Below, in pieces: positions 38,463 to 48,698 of a DNA stretch of 64,000 nucleotides (position 1 is the first letter of the stretch; every line of letters starts with the position of its first letter). The stretch spans positions 6,083 to 70,082 of the forward strand of contig JALNLB010000001.1 of NCBI GenBank assembly GCA_023267885.1, read 5' to 3'. The position numbers were made by a program, and so were the translations under genes. This DNA comes from Candidatus Terraquivivens ruidianensis. GTDB lineage: Archaea; Thermoproteota; Nitrososphaeria_A; Caldarchaeales; Wolframiiraptoraceae. Below the pieces are notes generated by a model. It did no database searches. It was given only the letters and a program-made list of their open reading frames with translations, and was not told where the DNA came from.

Positions 38463-38741
38463 ATGCCTTTCAAGCGTAAGAGTAGAGGTAGGGCCAAAGG
38501 CGCAAAGGGCAAGGAGCCGATGGTGCAGTGCGACAACTGCGGCGCTTACGTACCTAGGAGCAAGATTCAGAGAGTTACGAGGAGGGTATCGCTCGTGAGC
38601 AAAGACCTTGCTAAAGAGTTAAAGCAGCAGGGCACATACCTTGCCGAGAACGTAATAACAAAGAACCTCTGCATCAGTTGTGCAATACATTACGGCATCC
38701 TGAAGGTGAGGGCTAGGGAAGAAAGGAGGCCGTATCCTTAA
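38463..38741 (+). CDS. rps26e: 30S ribosomal protein eS26
   Basis: 92 aa with the pattern KRKSRGRAKG..VQCDNCGAYVPRSK..CISCAIH, typical of eS26. A TATA-like TTTTATATAA lies about 30 nt upstream. Confidence 0.85.
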   Translation: MPFKRKSRGRAKGAKGKEPMVQCDNCGAYVPRSKIQRVTRRVSLVSKDLAKELKQQGTYLAENVITKNLCISCAIHYGILKVRAREERRPYP

Positions 38742-38747
38742 ATTAAT

Positions 38748-39764
38748 TTGGGTAAAGGTTTTTTAGAGGGATTTAGTCTGTTTGAAATCGGTGCGTCTTC
38801 TATGATGCCTAAGGCAGGCATGTCGCTTATAAAATTAAGGCTTGCTATGTTGAGTACGCTGGCTGTTATAACCGGCTTAGCAACGCTTATTCTTGTGCTG
38901 ATTTTAAGTTGGCTTGAGGTTCCATTTGGCATATACACGATACTCGGTATAGTGGTTGCATTCCATATACTACAGTGGTTAATCGCGCCCTACATAATTA
39001 ACGCCATATATAGGGTCAGACCTCTCGAAGCGCATGAGTATCCTTGGCTCCATGAGGCCGTATCAAAGATCTCGGCCGTAAGCGGGCTCGATGTAAAGCC
39101 GAGGCTTATGCTAGCAGAGATAGATTTGCCTAACGCCTTCGCTTACGGTAGCCCGATTACGGGTAATTTCGTGGCGGTCACTAAGGGTCTCCTATCCACG
39201 TTGCCTCGTGAAGAAGTTGAGGCGGTCGTAGGACACGAGCTAGGCCACGTAAAGCATAAGGACGTCATGTTCATGATGGTCATAAGCATAATACCCGCGC
39301 TGATATATTACCTCGGACACATACTTTACTACTCCGGCTGGCTCGGTAGTATGTCTAGGGACCAAAGGGGAGGCGGTGGTGCGCTCTTGGTGCTCATCGG
39401 AGCAGGTCTGATGGTTCTAAGCTTCATCTTTAACCTCTTCGTATTCTACTTTAGCAGGTTGAGAGAATATTATGCTGACTCGCATGCCGCGATATCTGTG
39501 CAGAATGGTGCAAAGAACCTTCAGAGGGGCCTGGCCAGAATAATGAACGTATCGGGAAAGATTCGCAAGGAAAAGGTTGCCTCTTATACCCAGATGAAAG
39601 CACTGTTCATAGCAGACCCTGAGGTAACTGTCAGAGGTTACACCGACATAGATGCTCTTGTAGAACGGATTAAGTCAGAAAAACCAAGCATCCTGATGGA
39701 GCTTTTCAGTACTCACCCGCACCCTGCCAAGAGACTTCGTCATTTGGATACCTATATAACTTAA
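38748..39764 (+). CDS. htpX: HtpX-like M48 zinc metalloprotease
   Basis: TM helices plus the HELGHVKHKD zinc motif. The probable true start is M19 (38802). Confidence 0.8.
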   Translation: MGKGFLEGFSLFEIGASSMMPKAGMSLIKLRLAMLSTLAVITGLATLILVLILSWLEVPFGIYTILGIVVAFHILQWLIAPYIINAIYRVRPLEAHEYPWLHEAVSKISAVSGLDVKPRLMLAEIDLPNAFAYGSPITGNFVAVTKGLLSTLPREEVEAVVGHELGHVKHKDVMFMMVISIIPALIYYLGHILYYSGWLGSMSRDQRGGGGALLVLIGAGLMVLSFIFNLFVFYFSRLREYYADSHAAISVQNGAKNLQRGLARIMNVSGKIRKEKVASYTQMKALFIADPEVTVRGYTDIDALVERIKSEKPSILMELFSTHPHPAKRLRHLDTYIT

Positions 39765-39766
39765 GG

Positions 39767-41221
39767 TCAGTATGCCTTGGCCACGTAGACGACCTCCTGA
39801 GCCTTCTCACCGCAAACTATGCAGCTCTTTTGTGGCACCTCTGCTATATCGAACCTACTGCCCCTTACCTCGCCTCCAGCATACTCTTTGAGTTTTAGGG
39901 CACAGTCTTCCTTACCGCACCACTCAACCCTTGCTATCTTTCTTTCTGATAAAGCCTTTTTTACCTCATCTGGAGTCTGAGCCTCAACTATCAATCGCTC
40001 CATCATTCTAGCACTCCTTTCTCTTAGAGATGCGAATATCTTTGCCATGAGTTCTTCAACTTGGGTCTCGATATCCTCTAAATCCACCTCAACCCTCTCT
40101 AAGGTATCTCTCCTAAAGAGCGTAACCTTATTGCTCGAAACTTCTTTCGGGCCTACCTCAACCCTCATCGGCACGCCAAGCATTTCCCAATGGTAGAACT
40201 TTTCACCAGGCGTGACATCTTCTCTATCGTCCATCACACACCTGTATATTCGTGCTAGCTTTTCATGAATTTTCTTACAATATGATGCTATGGCTTCCTC
40301 GTATCCTTTAAAGGGTATGGGTACTATGACTACCTGAACTGGCGCAATGCTGGGAGGAAAAACGCAACCCTTATCGTCACCATGTTGTGAAATGACGGCA
40401 GCTAGAACTCTACTAAGACCAAAGCCATAGCAGAGTTGGTACACTAATGCCCTGCTACCGTCCTTCTGCTCAAACTCTATCTCGAACACCTTCGAGAAGT
40501 TCCTACCGAGGTTGTGAACCGTGGCCACTTGGTTGACCTTACCGTCTGGATTCCAAGCGTCAAAAGCTATCGAGTACTTTGCACCAGCGAACTTATCAAA
40601 ATCTGGCCTCTTCAATAGAAGATAGCTTATACCAAGCTCCTTGAGGACTTTGGAGTATATCTCTATCGCTTCTCTCACCTGCTGCTCCGCATCCGCGGCA
40701 GTAGCATGCGCAGTGTGACCTTCGTTCCACGGAAACTCCCTTGCCCTGTATAGAGGCCGTGTTGCCTTCGTTTCGTACCTGTAAACATTTACTGTTTGGT
40801 GAACCTTAAGCGGGAGGTCTGCGTGTGATCTTATCCAAAGCTTAAACATAGGATACATTATCGTTTCGGACGTCGGACGTATTATTAGCTTCTTTTCTAA
40901 CGGTTTATCGCCAGCCCGCTCTATGATGAAGACTTCGGAAGAGAAGCCCTTTATATGTTCCGCCTCTTTGGCAAAAAGCTCGTCGGTAGTTACGAGGGGG
41001 AACATCATACTCTTGTGTCCAGTCTCAACAAGAAGCTCTTCCAGCCTCTTCTTTATCATTTCGAGGATGAACATACCATTCTCGAGATAGACTATAAAGC
41101 CCTTGACCGGAAACCTGCTGTCGGCTATCCTAGCTTGGAACACCAATTCGTCAAACCAGTTGCTAAAGTTTGTGAACTTATTAATCATGGTCGACGCTAC
41201 GGTCATACCGTCTTCCTCCAA
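39767..41221 (-). CDS. proS: Prolyl-tRNA synthetase (archaeal/eukaryotic type)
   Basis: 484 aa with class II motifs (FRDE-like REFPWNEGHTAH), a C-terminal zinc-binding domain (CIVCGEK) and the terminal Tyr (..AKAY). Confidence 0.9.
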   Translation of the reverse strand: MEEDGMTVASTMINKFTNFSNWFDELVFQARIADSRFPVKGFIVYLENGMFILEMIKKRLEELLVETGHKSMMFPLVTTDELFAKEAEHIKGFSSEVFIIERAGDKPLEKKLIIRPTSETIMYPMFKLWIRSHADLPLKVHQTVNVYRYETKATRPLYRAREFPWNEGHTAHATAADAEQQVREAIEIYSKVLKELGISYLLLKRPDFDKFAGAKYSIAFDAWNPDGKVNQVATVHNLGRNFSKVFEIEFEQKDGSRALVYQLCYGFGLSRVLAAVISQHGDDKGCVFPPSIAPVQVVIVPIPFKGYEEAIASYCKKIHEKLARIYRCVMDDREDVTPGEKFYHWEMLGVPMRVEVGPKEVSSNKVTLFRRDTLERVEVDLEDIETQVEELMAKIFASLRERSARMMERLIVEAQTPDEVKKALSERKIARVEWCGKEDCALKLKEYAGGEVRGSRFDIAEVPQKSCIVCGEKAQEVVYVAKAY

Positions 41222-41295
41222 CCCTAAGCCTATGCATGAGTGTTAAGGATTTTTAAATCCTTATCTGTCGGTCTACGTTTAAGGTCTAGCAGTTT

Positions 41296-42370
<1,075 letters not shown>

Positions 42371-42481
42371 TCACCTTGAGCATGCAAATGCTATCGCTAC
42401 TTATACTTTTACAGTACCCTCTCATGTTGAATTCGCAAACAATAAAAACACGTCAATCTTTATAAGAGCTGAGGACGTATA

Positions 42482-43192
42482 GTGACTGGGGTAGACACAT
42501 ATCATCAGAGGACGTTTGGTGAGATAACGGGTACTTGGAATCCTATTACAGGGTGTAATCATCAGTGTATTTATTGCTGGGCTAGAAGATTGGCTAGAAG
42601 GCTTGAGGCGATGGGTGTAGAACCTTACGCCAGCAACGCATTCAAACCGACGTTCCTTCCTCAGAGGCTTAACCAGCGTTTCAAGAGAAACGCTATGATA
42701 TTCGTGTGCAATATGGGCGACCTTTTCGGCGAGTGGGTTCCAGAAGAATGGATACGGAGTGTACTCGACATAGTTAGACGACAGTCGCAAGCATACTTCA
42801 TGTTCCTTACGAAGAACCCTAGTCGATATTTGCGACTTGAGAATGAGTTTCCAGGGAATGTCGTGCTGGCCGCGACCATAGAGTCCAACCGTGATTATGG
42901 ATTGTCACGAGCCCCAAAGCCTTACGAAAGGCTTGAGGCGATGAGGTTGCTGAAGCATCCCTATAAAGGAGTAGTCGTGGAACCTATTATTGACTTCGAC
43001 GACCGTTTTATCCGAGCGTTAAGGGACATAGGGCCTGCTTTTGTATATGTAGGGTACGACAATTACGGACACAGACTTCCGGAGCCTCCACTTAGCAAGA
43101 CCATGATTCTTATGAAGACGTTACGTGAGTTTACCGATGTTAAGATAGGTACGTTAAGGGTGGCATGGTACGAGCAAAGACATGGTTCCTAG
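42482..43192 (+). CDS. DUF5131 (phage Gp37/Gp68-like) protein
   Basis: 236 aa. WNPITGCNHQCIYCWA is the family-typical N-terminal Cys motif. Confidence 0.6.
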   Translation: MTGVDTYHQRTFGEITGTWNPITGCNHQCIYCWARRLARRLEAMGVEPYASNAFKPTFLPQRLNQRFKRNAMIFVCNMGDLFGEWVPEEWIRSVLDIVRRQSQAYFMFLTKNPSRYLRLENEFPGNVVLAATIESNRDYGLSRAPKPYERLEAMRLLKHPYKGVVVEPIIDFDDRFIRALRDIGPAFVYVGYDNYGHRLPEPPLSKTMILMKTLREFTDVKIGTLRVAWYEQRHGS

Positions 43193-43257
43193 GACCTTGG
43201 TCTTACTTAGATAACCTTTTTAATCTATGACATAGAATTTATGACTGGTGCAGCATT

Positions 43258-43821
43258 TTGCAAAAACGTGAGAAGGCCGGACCAAAGATTTGCTTCCTTG
43301 ACGTTGAGGCTACGTCCTTGGAGGCAGACGTAGGAATAATTGTCGGGGCTGGCCTCATGGAGGACAACGGAAGGTTTAGCTATATATCCGTGAATAGGCC
43401 GGAGCTGGAGAAAGATAAGCTCAAAGAACTACTTGGAAGGCTTGAGCAGTATCACATAATAGTCACATGGAATGGAAAGAGTTTCGACATACCATTCTTA
43501 GTTTCAAGAATAATAAAGCATGGTCTGAAGGTAGAGTCTTTGCTTTCTGCCTACCATCTCGATATGGCTGAGCTCGTCAGAAACAACCTCAAGCTCAGCA
43601 GGACGGACCTCTTTCATGTATCAAAGTTTCTTGGGATAAGAAAGGACGTCACAACGCTAGGTCAGGACGTCCCCGGACTTTACGTTAAGGCGATGAAGGG
43701 CGATAGGGTTGCAGTTAAACGGATAGAGATGCACTGTAAGGATGACCTGAACGTTCTCCGTTTAATCTTCTTGAGGCTTAGACCTCTAGTTAGGATACTT
43801 AAGCCAGAGCTACCGACATGA
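43258..43821 (+). CDS. RNase H-like / DEDD-type 3'-5' exonuclease domain protein (YprB/COG3359-like)
   Basis: 187 aa with ICFLDVEATSL (Exo I-like) and IVTWNGKSFDIPFL. Confidence 0.5.
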   Translation: MQKREKAGPKICFLDVEATSLEADVGIIVGAGLMEDNGRFSYISVNRPELEKDKLKELLGRLEQYHIIVTWNGKSFDIPFLVSRIIKHGLKVESLLSAYHLDMAELVRNNLKLSRTDLFHVSKFLGIRKDVTTLGQDVPGLYVKAMKGDRVAVKRIEMHCKDDLNVLRLIFLRLRPLVRILKPELPT

Positions 43822-43825
43822 CTCC

Positions 43826-44017
43826 TTAGTCCACATCAATGCCATGCTTCTTTAGGGCAGCTTTTATCTTCACGACCTCGGCCTTAAGTGTCTGAACCTC
43901 CCTTACGAGTAGCTCTATGTCAGACGGTAACAACGGTCTTGGCTGAATTTGTCCGAGTGTCGGCACGTCCCCAAACCTTTCACGCAGTATGTCTTCAGGT
44001 TTTCTTATTCCGCTCAT
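43826..44017 (-). CDS. Small hypothetical protein with C-terminal coiled coil
   Basis: 63-aa ORF with no recognisable family. Confidence 0.3.
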   Translation of the reverse strand: MSGIRKPEDILRERFGDVPTLGQIQPRPLLPSDIELLVREVQTLKAEVVKIKAALKKHGIDVD

Positions 44018-44140
44018 ATCATGTAATACTCTTTGACAGATAGTTATATGTCCTTCGTTCTAAATAGATAAGCACGTCGTAATTTCAAAATAAGTTTAGC
44101 AGGCTTTGGTAAGCTTTTTATTAACTTCGAGCATAAAAAG

Positions 44141-45586
44141 GTGGGAAGAAGGTTGCAGAGACCCGAGGATTTGGAGGTTTACCTCTATTCGTACGGACCT
44201 AGAGGCAAAGTATCGATAGGTCAGAAGACCGTAGTCCTGGAGCCGGATCTATTTATTGCGTTGGAAGGTGCTGGAACCTTTGGGGGCATATCGCTTGAGG
44301 AAAGATTGCAGAGTCTTCTCGAGGGAGGGAAGGATTTAGAAAAGTTCGCTTCAAAGCTGCACGGTGAATCCACGAAAAGGGGTCACGCGTCGCTATCAAC
44401 CAGCGTCTTTGTCCAGCTTGAGGTCAGGAGCTGCAGTAGGATAGGCTCCATGCTTCTTGTGGCGGCACGCTTCGGCTCTTACCTTCAGGAGTCGCAAAGA
44501 AGGAAAAAGGTTGAGGCGAGTTACCTTCTATGTCCCAAGGAGATAAATGTGAAAGGTTTAGGGAGCGCGTATCAGGATTCTATTAAAGCGTGCTTCGATG
44601 TCTACTCGCGATTCTGCAAGGAAGGCATACCAATGGAAGATGCACGTTACATCCTACCGCTCGGTGTTAAAACCTCGGTCTTTGTTAGCACAACCCTTGA
44701 AGCCATGATTCCGTTAATCAAGCTCGGCCTTGAGGCTAAATCACCCGAACTCATTCCGGATGAGGTCAAAGTTCTGGCAAACAAAATAAGTAGCATACTT
44801 TCTCAAGTATCTCCTGTCCTCTTTAGAGCAAGGATGAAGTTTAATGGTGAGCTTACTACATATCCTCTCTCAAATCCATTCAAGAATGAAGATGTTGTTA
44901 CTAAGATTGCAACGGAAAGCGGCTTGCCTTCCGAGCCTAAACTGCTCGACTTCAGGACAATAGGCGGTGAGAGCGTTCTATCGTGTATAAGCGAGTATGC
45001 AAAGATGGAAAACTTAGGACCGCTTAGCCACCTGATACATGCCACCATGCTGGAGCCCATGTCGCTCGCAGCATACCATCAAGCCATCAGACATAGAACC
45101 GTGCCGACAGCCGTCGAATCCATATACACGGCCGTGCGCAGAGCTTTAAAGGATGTTGAGAAGTGGGTTGTAGTTCCGCCGACGATTAACAGGAATGCTA
45201 GCATGCGGGAGCAGTTCTTGAATGCTGCCAGCATGGCCTTAAGGACTTACGAGGAGCTTGTCGCTTCCGGTGCTTCGCCTGCATCAGCCGTATACATAAT
45301 CCCCCAAGCTGTGAAGGTTTATGCGGTCAGGCTGTACGATGGTTTTAATCTGCTCTACCCTATTGGATTCGTTGCTACGAGGACATGTAGCTACGCCCAG
45401 CATGAGGAGAGGGGTATAGCATACAGACTTTGGACTGCTGTGTCTAAAGTTAACGAACTCATAGGTTCGATGATGGGCGAAAAATGTAAGCTCCTAGGAT
45501 ACTGTCCCGAGAGAGACTGGTGTCCTATTATCCTAAAATATCGAGAGTACGACGACGGGATTCATCAAAGATTTTCTAACATTTGA
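44141..45586 (+). CDS. ThyX-like (FAD-dependent thymidylate synthase fold) protein, internally duplicated
   Basis: 481 aa. The C-terminal half carries RHRTVPTAVES (RHR-x7-S). The N-terminal half carries GHASLS..SRIGSMLLVAARFGSYLQESQRR, which is ThyX-like with RHR replaced by AAR. Confidence 0.55.
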   Translation: MGRRLQRPEDLEVYLYSYGPRGKVSIGQKTVVLEPDLFIALEGAGTFGGISLEERLQSLLEGGKDLEKFASKLHGESTKRGHASLSTSVFVQLEVRSCSRIGSMLLVAARFGSYLQESQRRKKVEASYLLCPKEINVKGLGSAYQDSIKACFDVYSRFCKEGIPMEDARYILPLGVKTSVFVSTTLEAMIPLIKLGLEAKSPELIPDEVKVLANKISSILSQVSPVLFRARMKFNGELTTYPLSNPFKNEDVVTKIATESGLPSEPKLLDFRTIGGESVLSCISEYAKMENLGPLSHLIHATMLEPMSLAAYHQAIRHRTVPTAVESIYTAVRRALKDVEKWVVVPPTINRNASMREQFLNAASMALRTYEELVASGASPASAVYIIPQAVKVYAVRLYDGFNLLYPIGFVATRTCSYAQHEERGIAYRLWTAVSKVNELIGSMMGEKCKLLGYCPERDWCPIILKYREYDDGIHQRFSNI

Positions 45587-45643
45587 CAGAAGACAATAAA
45601 TACTTCCAACGAAAGAATAGTTTAGAGGGCGTGGTGGTGTAAT

Positions 45644-46768
45644 CTGCCAAAGATAACTGTATCAGTTATAAAGGCAGACATCGGGAGTGTTGTGGGCCAC
45701 TACAAACCCCACACCGCTATGGTAGAGTATGCAAAACGGAAGCTTCTCGATGCTGAGGAAGAGGGGCTGATAAACAGCGGCTACGTAACCCACTGCGGCG
45801 ATGATATAATACTCGTCATGACGCACAACAAGGGTCCGAATAATCCCAAGATACATGGTCTTGCGTGGGATACGTTTCGCGAGATAACTGAGAAGATATC
45901 GAGGCCCATGAAGCTATATGCCGCAGGACAAGACTTACTGAGCGATGCCTTCAGCGGAAACATCAAAGGCTTGGGCCCAGGGGTTGCGGAGATGGAATTC
46001 GAGGAGAGAAAGTCAGAGCCTATAATAGTCTTCGCCGCGGACAAGACGGAGCCCGGTGCTTGGAACATACCGCTGTATAGGATATTCGCATCGCCGGACA
46101 ATACGGCAGGTCTAGTGATCGACCCGAGTATGCATGGGGGGTTCATCTTCGAGGTGCTGGACCTTATCGAGTCAAAATCCGTTGAGCTGAAAATGCCCGA
46201 AGAGTTGTACGACTTGATTGGTCTGATCGGAACAACGAATCGGTACGTTATCGCAAGGGTCTTGAGAGCTACTGATAGAGAGCAGGTGGCAGCGACCAGC
46301 ACGACGAGGTTGAGCCTTATCGCTGGAAGGTACGTGGGTAAGGATGACCCTGTCATGATAGTAAGGTGTCAGGCAGGCATGCCTGCCGTCGGCGAGGTAC
46401 TCAGCGCCTTTGCAGTTCCGACACTTGTAAGCGGCTGGATGCGTGGTTCACATATAGGACCACTTATGCCCGTATCTTTCAAAAAGGGTCAAAATGTAGT
46501 CTCGTACTTTGACGGGCCGCCCAGAGTGATAGCCATGGGTTGGCAAATTTCCAACGGAAAGCTCGTTGGTGTTGATGGAAAGGAGCCCGCAGATATGTTC
46601 GAAGACCCGTTCTTCGATTACTCACGAAGGTTTGCATCCGAGATGGCCGTCTATCTTAGGACGATGGGCGAGTTTCAGCCAGCGAGGCTTCAGGAATCCG
46701 AGATGGAGTACACAACCCTACCTTCAATTCTGGAGAAATTAAAGCCGAGGTTTAGGCCAGTAGAGTAA
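45644..46768 (+). CDS. fbp: Fructose-1,6-bisphosphate aldolase/phosphatase (class V FBPase)
   Basis: Strong family pattern: YAAGQDLLSDAFSGNIKGLGPGVAEME, DKTEPGAWN, GKDDPVMIVR, WMRGSHIGPLMPV and MEYTTLPSILEKLK. The 5' end is extended to an in-frame CTG because the conserved VSVIKADIGS segment lies upstream of the track's GTG at 45692. Confidence 0.85.
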   Translation: MPKITVSVIKADIGSVVGHYKPHTAMVEYAKRKLLDAEEEGLINSGYVTHCGDDIILVMTHNKGPNNPKIHGLAWDTFREITEKISRPMKLYAAGQDLLSDAFSGNIKGLGPGVAEMEFEERKSEPIIVFAADKTEPGAWNIPLYRIFASPDNTAGLVIDPSMHGGFIFEVLDLIESKSVELKMPEELYDLIGLIGTTNRYVIARVLRATDREQVAATSTTRLSLIAGRYVGKDDPVMIVRCQAGMPAVGEVLSAFAVPTLVSGWMRGSHIGPLMPVSFKKGQNVVSYFDGPPRVIAMGWQISNGKLVGVDGKEPADMFEDPFFDYSRRFASEMAVYLRTMGEFQPARLQESEMEYTTLPSILEKLKPRFRPVE

Positions 46769-46911
46769 GTTCAGAAAACGGGCCATGTGACAGCAGCGTA
46801 GCTCCGTGTATACAATCCACCACAAACAATTAGCTGAAAAAAATGCTGAGGATGTAACAAACTATGCTTTCGGGCCTTATGGCGGCTTTGCCAACCCGTC
46901 GGTTTCGTCGC

Positions 46912-47088
46912 TCAGAAGTCCTCTTTTATCAACGTCTTGCGACCGTTGGCCTGACACCTTTCGACTGCTTTTTTGATGGCTTCTCTGACCACTTGATCGA
47001 GTCCTTCTAGAGCGTCCGATGCGAGCCTTATGCCCTCCGGCAGCAACTGCCTTACCTTCGACTCAACTATTATGAGTTCCCTAGCCAT
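46912..47088 (-). CDS. Small histone-fold-like protein (DUF1931-like), 58 aa
   Basis: Below the ORF-track size cut-off. MARELIIVESKVRQLLPEGIRLASDALEGLDQVVREAIKKAVERCQANGRKTLIKEDF resembles a single histone-fold helix-strand-helix ending in ..GRKTL.xEDF. Confidence 0.5.
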   Translation of the reverse strand: MARELIIVESKVRQLLPEGIRLASDALEGLDQVVREAIKKAVERCQANGRKTLIKEDF

Positions 47089-47196
47089 TTTCGCTCGCTA
47101 ATGCTGGTTCAGAGGCAGTAAAAGAGCGTTTCTCAGCCCAACGGCCATGTAGTACGTTCGGTAATATATATAACAGGCTATAGGTATTACGTTTTG

Positions 47197-48645
47197 TTAA
47201 ATGACGATTTCTTGAGATGTTGCTGGCTCTATAACTTTAGATTTTATACCATGCCTCTCAAGTAACTTTCGAAACATTTCAGGGTATTCTGTGTGCACGG
47301 GGATTATTGTCCTCGGCGAAATCTTCTCAATCGTGCTGATTACCTCTCCCTGCGACGCATGACCCGAAGCATGAGCATATACGGGCCGCATGTTAAAAAG
47401 CTCCAACCAGTTGATTACCCTCTCCCTCTCTATCTCCTGCTCCTCGTTATGAGGCTCGCTAGATGAGAATAAGAATATCGAACCTGGCTCCGGTTTGATG
47501 GAGATAAGTTCTGGCAAGTCCTCAGTCTGACATAATGTGAAGATGTACTTGCCCATTTGCTTAGCCAAGCTTTCTGGCGTTATAAGTCGTACGCCGATAT
47601 CCTGACACTCGCATAAGAACTTCCTTAACCAACCACGATAATCTTTTTTAGGCTTGTATCCACCAGAACCGCTTGGCTCCAAGTAAACCGATAGCACCTT
47701 ACTCCTAAGCTCTGGTACTTGGATGTTTGTTGCCCTTTTTGCAAGGCGGTCGACAACGTAGGCCAATTTTGGCGATAGCACCAATTCTCTGCCCATATGC
47801 TCGGCAGCAGACATTAAGCTTCTTAGCCTGTCAAAGTCAAGAGGACCTATTAGCGCAACGGCAGCCTTTCCTTGAGCATCTCTCAAAGAGCTTATCATAC
47901 TAAGCATCACGCTTTCTTCAGAATGGATTAGGGGGTCGTTTATTCTCGTCCCCTCTATTATCAGCGAGTCCACGTCTTCTCTCGACGTACGCTCTATGAA
48001 GTCCTCAGTCATCTTGCGCATAGGACCATGCAACCGAAAGTCGCCTGTATATGCAATGCGGGCTTCGTCCATTTCCAGTACGAGACCGTAAGATGATGGT
48101 GTCGAATGATCCACATGTATCGGAACCGCATTTACGTCTCCTATCTTGAGTTGCTTACCTGTCGAGAAGGTATCCATTTGTCTCTTGAATACCCTTCCGT
48201 CCCTGTAATCCTTCATTTGGACTATCTGGTCTTCTGGCTCTTTACCCATCTTGGTATCTTCTCTTGCTTCCAGCAAGATAGCTGCCGTAGCTCCGACATA
48301 GAGCTTGATGTCTGACCTAAGGAATGATGCATGCCCACAGTGGTCTAAGTGGGCATGCGTGATTATGCATGCGTCGACGAGTGGTTCGTTAGTATTCATG
48401 TGGGTTAGATTTCCGAGTAAATCCTCTCGGTATATGCCAGGTAGCTCTGGGAGTATTCCTGTCAGAGCGTACTCCTCAAGTATCCTAAACCTCTTTACCT
48501 TTATGAAACCGCCGTAAAACCTTCTCTTTCTCGTAAAGCTCGTGCCGAAGTCCAAGAAAATTTTTGTCTCTTTCGTGTTTATGAGTATCTTGTTACCACC
48601 TATCTCGCCAGCTCCACCATAAACCCTTACGCTAACCAAGCCCAT
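47197..48645 (-). CDS. Metallo-beta-lactamase / beta-CASP ribonuclease (RNase J / aCPSF2-like)
   Basis: 482 aa with HAHLDHCGH (motif 2) and HASGHASQGE (beta-CASP His motif C). Confidence 0.65.
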   Translation of the reverse strand: MGLVSVRVYGGAGEIGGNKILINTKETKIFLDFGTSFTRKRRFYGGFIKVKRFRILEEYALTGILPELPGIYREDLLGNLTHMNTNEPLVDACIITHAHLDHCGHASFLRSDIKLYVGATAAILLEAREDTKMGKEPEDQIVQMKDYRDGRVFKRQMDTFSTGKQLKIGDVNAVPIHVDHSTPSSYGLVLEMDEARIAYTGDFRLHGPMRKMTEDFIERTSREDVDSLIIEGTRINDPLIHSEESVMLSMISSLRDAQGKAAVALIGPLDFDRLRSLMSAAEHMGRELVLSPKLAYVVDRLAKRATNIQVPELRSKVLSVYLEPSGSGGYKPKKDYRGWLRKFLCECQDIGVRLITPESLAKQMGKYIFTLCQTEDLPELISIKPEPGSIFLFSSSEPHNEEQEIERERVINWLELFNMRPVYAHASGHASQGEVISTIEKISPRTIIPVHTEYPEMFRKLLERHGIKSKVIEPATSQEIVI

Positions 48646-48698
48646 TTAAAACGACGTAAGCAGACTTTAATGGATTTCTCATTTTTAAGCGATGCGAA

